From NCBI GenBank assembly GCA_030606485.1, contig JAUWGH010000006.1, positions 210,001 through 242,000 of the forward strand: a stretch of 32,000 nucleotides of DNA, in the 5' to 3' direction. This DNA is from Promethearchaeota archaeon. GTDB taxonomy: Archaea; Asgardarchaeota; Lokiarchaeia; Sigyniarchaeales; SOKP01. The translations under genes were made by a program, and so were the position numbers. The notes below the pieces were generated by a model. The model was not told the origin of the DNA. It saw only the letters and a list, made by a program, of their open reading frames with translations, and did not search any database. Shown one piece after another: positions 26,665 to 32,000 of this stretch (the stretch's first letter is position 1; each line of letters begins with the position of its first letter).

Positions 26665-27978
26665 ATGAAAAAATACTCAGATGTCCAAAAAATTATTTGG
26701 ATTACAAGATCTTTTTCAACTTCAATGGATAAAGAGTTACTAATTAATAGATCTTTATCAAAAATATTCTTCTTAGGTAGAACTTTTGAATTACTGAATC
26801 AAATATTTGGGATTACTCAAATATCATTAAATGAACTCTATGATAAAGGTTTATTTTGTAATTTAGAGCCAGAATTGGTAAATTTAATTATAGATGTATT
26901 AATTAATTTTGGCCTTGCACAAAAATCATCAGATGAAAAATATTTGGAACTAAATTTCCTTGATAATAAATATAAATTATATAGTAAGATATATCAAGAA
27001 TCTAATTTTAAAGAATTATCAAAACAAGAAACATGTTGTTTAAAAATTTTAGATATTCTTACAATTAAACCCTTAAATTATGAAGAAATTGCTGATCATT
27101 TTTTAATTGAAGATAAAGAATTATTAAAATCTAGTTTAAATCTACTAACTGATTTAAATTTGAGTAACAAAATCGAAATAAAAGGACAATATTATTATTT
27201 AACTCCTTTAAATACATATGGGAATTATCAAAAATATGTGGATTATTGCCAAAATCACTCTTCTGAAGAGATTGATTTAGTTGCTGAATTATTTGAATAT
27301 TTAAAAGAACATAAAGGTATCCCATATGGTTTGTTACCAGAAAAATTTAAAAAGATTGGAAAATATTGTCTTGATTTAGGTATTTTACATGGAGTTAACT
27401 ATGAATTTGGCAAATCTAAAGGTGATGATAATTTTACTTTAATTTTCCCTACATCAGAAGAGTTCGATATGATAAAACATTCTTGTAACGATTTTGATAA
27501 AATTCACGCCTCTATTGGACTACTTGTATACGGTGTTTATTATAATCCCCATAAAATTAAATATCCTGAAAAGTATATTTCAGCATTAATAAGTCGAGGA
27601 GAATTAAGAGGTACTAATATATTCCTTAAAGAAAAAATTTCCCAATTTAATCCAAGTATTTGTTCTGGCATTATTAATTATTCACCAGGCTTTTCTAAAT
27701 ATTTTACAAGCTATGGGAACTTAAAAACCTTCGAGGTTCATAAACCAAAATTAATTTCTTCGGAGGATAATCGCAATGCACTAAATCAAGGATTAAGGTT
27801 ATTTCTAAAAAATGATCCTCTCGAATTTGAAACAAATAAATTATTTGAAAAGTCAATTTTTGATATTGATATATTATATTCCGATACAGCCGGAATTTCG
27901 ACTTTTCCTTTTAGTAGAAAAAAATCTTTAAAAGAAAAATATATTGAAGAATTATTTCAATTAAGGAAAGAGAGATAA
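26665..27978 (+). CDS. uncharacterised 437-aa protein with probable winged-helix repeats
   Basis: Long clean ORF; ISLNEL...VLINFGLAQ and LNYEEIADHF...LNLLTDLNL look like wHTH units. Confidence 0.7.
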   Translation: MKKYSDVQKIIWITRSFSTSMDKELLINRSLSKIFFLGRTFELLNQIFGITQISLNELYDKGLFCNLEPELVNLIIDVLINFGLAQKSSDEKYLELNFLDNKYKLYSKIYQESNFKELSKQETCCLKILDILTIKPLNYEEIADHFLIEDKELLKSSLNLLTDLNLSNKIEIKGQYYYLTPLNTYGNYQKYVDYCQNHSSEEIDLVAELFEYLKEHKGIPYGLLPEKFKKIGKYCLDLGILHGVNYEFGKSKGDDNFTLIFPTSEEFDMIKHSCNDFDKIHASIGLLVYGVYYNPHKIKYPEKYISALISRGELRGTNIFLKEKISQFNPSICSGIINYSPGFSKYFTSYGNLKTFEVHKPKLISSEDNRNALNQGLRLFLKNDPLEFETNKLFEKSIFDIDILYSDTAGISTFPFSRKKSLKEKYIEELFQLRKER

Positions 27979-27980
27979 AT

Positions 27981-29078
27981 ATGACTTTTGCTGGGAAAAA
28001 TGATAAAGATAGAAAAAATAAATTATTATTATTTAATTTATTTTGGAAAAATGGATTCATTCCTCGTATAGAAATACCAATATATGAATATGTTGGAGAT
28101 GATAAATTTGGAAATCCATTAACAGATTTAGATGTATTTGCATGGAAATATATACCATTTATCGGAATTATAAAACTTACTGGAAGCGCAAAAGGTGATA
28201 CACCTAACGTTTCTCATAGATCTGAAATTTTTAAATTAAAAGGTGTAAATGAATATTTTAATCCATTTCAATCTTTTTATGTTCACGATTCAAGTCCTAC
28301 GGATGAACTGTATTGGTTTGGAAAAAAATTAGGGATTGAAATATTATCAAAAGCTTCTATTTCATCAATGACAAAAAGATTAAAAGGAAATTTTAATTTT
28401 TCCGAAGTGGGAGCTAATTCTTTATGTAATTCAATATTACTTACAAAAAAATTAAATAAATATGATTTCATAACTTCATTAGTTTGGTTATCTAAAAATC
28501 CTGATAAAATTTATAAAATAGAAGCATTACTAATAGAAAGTATAAAAAAATATAATAACATTGATGAAAAAAATAACTTACTTCTTCTTCTCTATTTAAT
28601 TTCAATATATCTTTTTTCAATTACTGAGATTATTGAAAAAATTCAAAATGTAGCACCATCTGATCTTCAATTTAAATTAAAATGGGCATTATATGGAGGA
28701 AAAGAAATTTATAATACGGTAGTAGACGTAATCGACGTGATTAATACATATTTAGAGAAAAAATATGAAGAGAAATCTACACCATTTAACTATGAAAACT
28801 TTATTCCCAAATTTAAACTTCACTCTTTAGTAATTAATAGATTTTTTTTACAGATAGAAGCTATTTTTATTGCAATTAGGTGTATTGATTTTATACTATT
28901 ATATTATGCGGAGTATGATACTATTTTGGATATAGATGTTATAATAAATGATTTTACAAATTCTGAAGTTAAAAAAGGTGAGGCTTTAGGTGTATTAAGA
29001 CATCTTTTTTTGTATTTTAAAGAGAATTTGGACCCCAATTTTGAAAAAGTGGCTAAAAAAATTAATCTAATGAGATGA
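27981..29078 (+). CDS. uncharacterised 365-aa protein with possible PD-(D/E)xK-like N-terminal domain
   Basis: Starts 2 nt after the previous stop; LTDLDVFAW...GSAKG resembles restriction-endonuclease motifs II/III; helical C-terminal half. Confidence 0.6.
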   Translation: MTFAGKNDKDRKNKLLLFNLFWKNGFIPRIEIPIYEYVGDDKFGNPLTDLDVFAWKYIPFIGIIKLTGSAKGDTPNVSHRSEIFKLKGVNEYFNPFQSFYVHDSSPTDELYWFGKKLGIEILSKASISSMTKRLKGNFNFSEVGANSLCNSILLTKKLNKYDFITSLVWLSKNPDKIYKIEALLIESIKKYNNIDEKNNLLLLLYLISIYLFSITEIIEKIQNVAPSDLQFKLKWALYGGKEIYNTVVDVIDVINTYLEKKYEEKSTPFNYENFIPKFKLHSLVINRFFLQIEAIFIAIRCIDFILLYYAEYDTILDIDVIINDFTNSEVKKGEALGVLRHLFLYFKENLDPNFEKVAKKINLMR

Positions 29079-29182
29079 ATCAAATTATATAAGACATGAT
29101 AAATAATCCAATTGTAAATAGAGAGTATTAAAATAAAATTGTAATTTATATTATTTATTTTAAGATTTTTTTTCCATTTTCT

Positions 29183-29461
29183 TTATTCTTTTACTTTTCT
29201 GCTTAGTTTCATCCTGAGAGGTATTAGTTGTACAGTTTCTAATGCAGGTTCAATTTTAATCGTTTTAAAAATACCTGGCTTAGCAATTCTCCATAATTTT
29301 ATGTTGTTGGTGATATCTTCTGTTGTTTCTGCGTCTGATACGGATATTCCCCCACCTCCGGGAGTTAAATACCAGGTAAGTTGTTTTACTCGTGGGGCAG
29401 GATAAAACTTTTTCGAAAGCAACTTTTGTCCAAACTCGTTATTAAATTCCGAAGAAAAATT
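29183..29461 (-). pseudogene. 5'-truncated paralog of the DUF3303-like gene at 3312..3626
   Basis: The homologous frame NFSSEFNNEFGQKLLSKKFYP...WRIAKPGI runs up to the TAG of the MBL gene (29462-29464); about 11 N-terminal residues are missing. Confidence 0.6.
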
Positions 29462-30949
29462 CTAAACACATTGAAATTTGATTGGTTCATTATGCTCGGC
29501 AATAATTACTTCTATTTCTGAGGTATGAAAAAATTTTTCAAAAAACTTAGCGTGTTCCGTATGAATTGGAATTAAATATCGCGGATTAATTTCATGTATA
29601 AAGTTAATTAAATCATGTGGCGTTGCATGTCCGGATGCATGAATACGATAAGCCGGGATTCCAATTTTTTCTAATTCCTTACTTATAGTTTTCGAATTAT
29701 CATAGAACTCCTCGACATAGGGATCAACACTTGAAGATATAAACAAACCCTTGAGATTATGGTTAAGATTATTCATTAGATCTTCATAAAGATGAGTTAT
29801 ATATATAAAATAGTTTCTTTCCAAATCTTTTAGTTGATTATACTCAATAAATCTCTCTCCTTGCTGTTGTTTGTAAATAACTTGACGAATCTCCTCTTGC
29901 CAAGGAAATCTTACGCGTCCCTTTTTCAGAATATAAACATGCTCATCCTCAATAATGTTGGGATCCATCATCGTTTCATAGATCGCATCCTTATTTAAAA
30001 GATAATAAAAATACGCATCCTTCTCTGTAATAATGTATTTCCAGCCATACTCTTTCGCGATATGTGAATATGTCCTGAACCGATCCCAATCTATTCGATC
30101 ATATTTTACTAAAATAAAATCAAAAGGATTCTTCTGAAATAATTTCTCTAAATTACTTTTCACACTATCTTCCGATTCGACCATTCCCTTATGAACTTTC
30201 GTTCCTTCACATATCAGCACTTTTACTCCATTTGAAATTAGATTTTGCTCTTCCTGATTTAAATTAATTTTCGATAAGTATAAATTATTGGTTTTTATCT
30301 CTTGAAGAAATTCTTCTGTCATGTTCGATAAGGGTCCATGCATTCGAAAATCTCCCGTATAAACAATTGGTCCCGCAGAACTATATATAATAAATCCATA
30401 CGCCGCAGGTATCGAATGATCCACATGAAACGGGACCACATTCAATCCTTTGATACTCAATATATCTCCTGTCCTAAATGTATGCCAATTCAATCCGGCA
30501 AAATTATTCTCAATTGAACGCTTTGTAGACTTGTAGAATGCCATAATAATTTTCTTGGTAACAACACCCGTATAAATCGGAATTATGCGATTCACAAACG
30601 ATATCCCTAAAAAATGATCCTTATGCGGATGCGAAATGAAAATCGCATCTAAATTTGAAGGGAAATCCTCATCAACTAAATTCTTAGGTTGAGTTCCAAT
30701 TTGCTTAGTATATAAATTCTCAATAGAAAGATGGTCCTCATTAGGAATTATGTCAAGACTTATTAACTCTTTAATCGATGAGGGATGCTGTCCCTTTCTA
30801 TAATTCCCTTTAAATTTTTCAATATTTACGCCAAAATCCAAAAAAATCTTTACGCCATATCCAATATCTTCTAAAAATACGATATTCCCCCCTACTTCAT
30901 TAACTCCACCTAATAAAGTTATCCTAATCGTCTGATTGGATTCTCCCAT
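29462..30949 (-). CDS. MBL-fold beta-CASP hydrolase, RNase J-like
   Basis: LLGGVNEVGGN, LDFG, SHPHKDH, VDHSIP, YTGDFRMHG, ICEGT, HASGHA and IPIHTEH. Confidence 0.88.
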   Translation of the reverse strand: MGESNQTIRITLLGGVNEVGGNIVFLEDIGYGVKIFLDFGVNIEKFKGNYRKGQHPSSIKELISLDIIPNEDHLSIENLYTKQIGTQPKNLVDEDFPSNLDAIFISHPHKDHFLGISFVNRIIPIYTGVVTKKIIMAFYKSTKRSIENNFAGLNWHTFRTGDILSIKGLNVVPFHVDHSIPAAYGFIIYSSAGPIVYTGDFRMHGPLSNMTEEFLQEIKTNNLYLSKINLNQEEQNLISNGVKVLICEGTKVHKGMVESEDSVKSNLEKLFQKNPFDFILVKYDRIDWDRFRTYSHIAKEYGWKYIITEKDAYFYYLLNKDAIYETMMDPNIIEDEHVYILKKGRVRFPWQEEIRQVIYKQQQGERFIEYNQLKDLERNYFIYITHLYEDLMNNLNHNLKGLFISSSVDPYVEEFYDNSKTISKELEKIGIPAYRIHASGHATPHDLINFIHEINPRYLIPIHTEHAKFFEKFFHTSEIEVIIAEHNEPIKFQCV

Positions 30950-31091
30950 AAATAATCAATTTATAGAATTTCTATTTACATTAAAATTATAAAAAGAGTT
31001 ATTTTTAATTTATCTTATCTCAAATTTTCCCATAATTTTATCCTTACACAAAATTTAAAAAAACCAAGTAAATCATATTATTAGAGAAATA

Positions 31092-32000
31092 ATGACATCT
31101 ATAACGATTTATGATGGAGCAGATACTATTGGCGGAAGCAAAATATATGTGGAAGAAAATGGAAAAGGTGTTTTTCTCGATTTTGGAATGAATTTTAAGA
31201 AATACCATTACTTCTTTCAAGAATTTTTAAAAGAACGCTCTTCTAGAGGGCTCTATGATTTAATCCATTTAGATCTTATTCCAAAATTAAATATTTATCG
31301 AGAAGATTTAATCCCGCCCGACCTTGATCTTTCGAGTTATCCAAAATTAAATATTGAAGCAGTATTAGTAAGCCACCCCCACATGGATCATTTCGGCAAT
31401 ATAGGTTTACTTAAAACGGATATTCCCATCATTGCTTCACCCATGAGCTTCGCATTAATAAAAGGAATGGCTGACTCATCAAACCTTACATTAAACTTGG
31501 AAGTTGCATTTTACTCCAAAAAAACTCAAGGAATATCTAACAAAATCTTAAAATCTCTTAAAGGCACATATAAAACCAGAAACTTGATTTGCACAGAAAG
31601 TTATCCTGATACTTTAGAATATTTCTTAACTACAAACATTAAAAATGCTCCAGACAAAACAACAGGAGAATTAAAACCACTGGAACGTGGTGATTTATGT
31701 GATTTAAGCGCTAACCCCACTCAATTCGAAATAAGTTGCTATGAAGTGGATCATTCCATCTACGGCTCTACGGGATACATTTTATCCGGTGATACCACAA
31801 TAGCCTACACCGGCGATTTTCGATTACACGGAAAAAATGCCGATAAAAGTGAAAGATTTATAAAAAAAGCCAAGAACGCTTCTATTTTGATAATAGAAGG
31901 AACCAGAACTTCAAGAGAAGATATTGGTGAATCGGAAGAAGAGGTTTATGAAAACTGCCTTAACGTTATTCAAGAAGCAAAAGGAGTCGTTGTCGCAGAC
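31092..32000 (+). CDS. second MBL-fold beta-CASP hydrolase, RNase J-like (partial, runs off the window)
   Basis: Not in the ORF track. Hand translation from ATG 31092 gives MTSITIYDGADTIGGSKI, FLDFGMN, SHPHMDH, VDHSIYG, YTGDFRLHG and IIEGTR; no stop seen before 32000. Confidence 0.9.
   Translation, partial: MTSITIYDGADTIGGSKIYVEENGKGVFLDFGMNFKKYHYFFQEFLKERSSRGLYDLIHLDLIPKLNIYREDLIPPDLDLSSYPKLNIEAVLVSHPHMDHFGNIGLLKTDIPIIASPMSFALIKGMADSSNLTLNLEVAFYSKKTQGISNKILKSLKGTYKTRNLICTESYPDTLEYFLTTNIKNAPDKTTGELKPLERGDLCDLSANPTQFEISCYEVDHSIYGSTGYILSGDTTIAYTGDFRLHGKNADKSERFIKKAKNASILIIEGTRTSREDIGESEEEVYENCLNVIQEAKGVVVAD

Noticed and set aside
388-28471. Short ORF-track entries antisense to or overlapping real genes (e.g. 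388..576, 507..707, 3792..4178, 5133..5327, 7846..8136, 10064..10267, 11704..11895, 14490..14687, 14969..15208, 16299..16583, 17379..17591, 17808..17990, 19638..19832, 20303..20509, 25354..25548, 26282..26524, 27131..27325, 28283..28471)
   Set aside because: They are shadows of well-supported genes with no motifs; similarity between 3792..4178 and 14490..14687 only mirrors the NYN duplication.
1607-29464. Recurrent TAGAATTT motif at several junctions (NYN copies 1 and 2, near 8530, the MBL stop at 29462)
   Set aside because: An AT-rich 8-mer is expected several times by chance in 32 kb of this composition; only the longer match between copies 1 and 2 is kept.
1-32000. tRNA, rRNA, CRISPR array, integrase or intact transposase
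   Set aside because: None recognised by eye on either strand; tRNAscan-SE/Infernal and HMM searches would be needed to exclude them formally.

Overview
Very AT-rich prokaryotic window, most likely from an Asgard archaeon (Lokiarchaeia/Promethearchaeota-like). This taxon is inferred from base composition and gene families, not from a marker gene. It is a plastic accessory/defence region. It holds three toxin-antitoxin-type modules (MNT-HEPN, UPF0175-DUF3368/PIN, and a wHTH/SocA-like/MazF triplet), two ~87%-identical NYN (LabA/DUF88) nuclease genes, a TIR + TIR-SLOG + frameshifted TIR cluster, an uncharacterised two-gene operon, a YhaM-like HD nuclease, two divergent RNase J-like beta-CASP genes, scattered metabolic genes (mgsA, NMO-like, GGR/FixC-like + ferredoxin, EFR1, DUF362, VOC) and many gene scraps. 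The most unusual structure is invisible in the ORF track: four extra short, co-oriented fragments of the NYN gene 3' end (about 1.5, 3.1, 11.0 and 15.7 kb) sit between unrelated accessory modules, two with the same breakpoint, resembling att-like scars of a cassette-insertion hotspot. Other elements missed by the ORF track are an orphan dsRNA-binding domain, a third TIR gene broken by one frameshift, and a partial beta-CASP gene at the right edge. No tRNA, rRNA, CRISPR array, integrase or intact transposase was seen. All family assignments are by motif recognition only; no database search was run.
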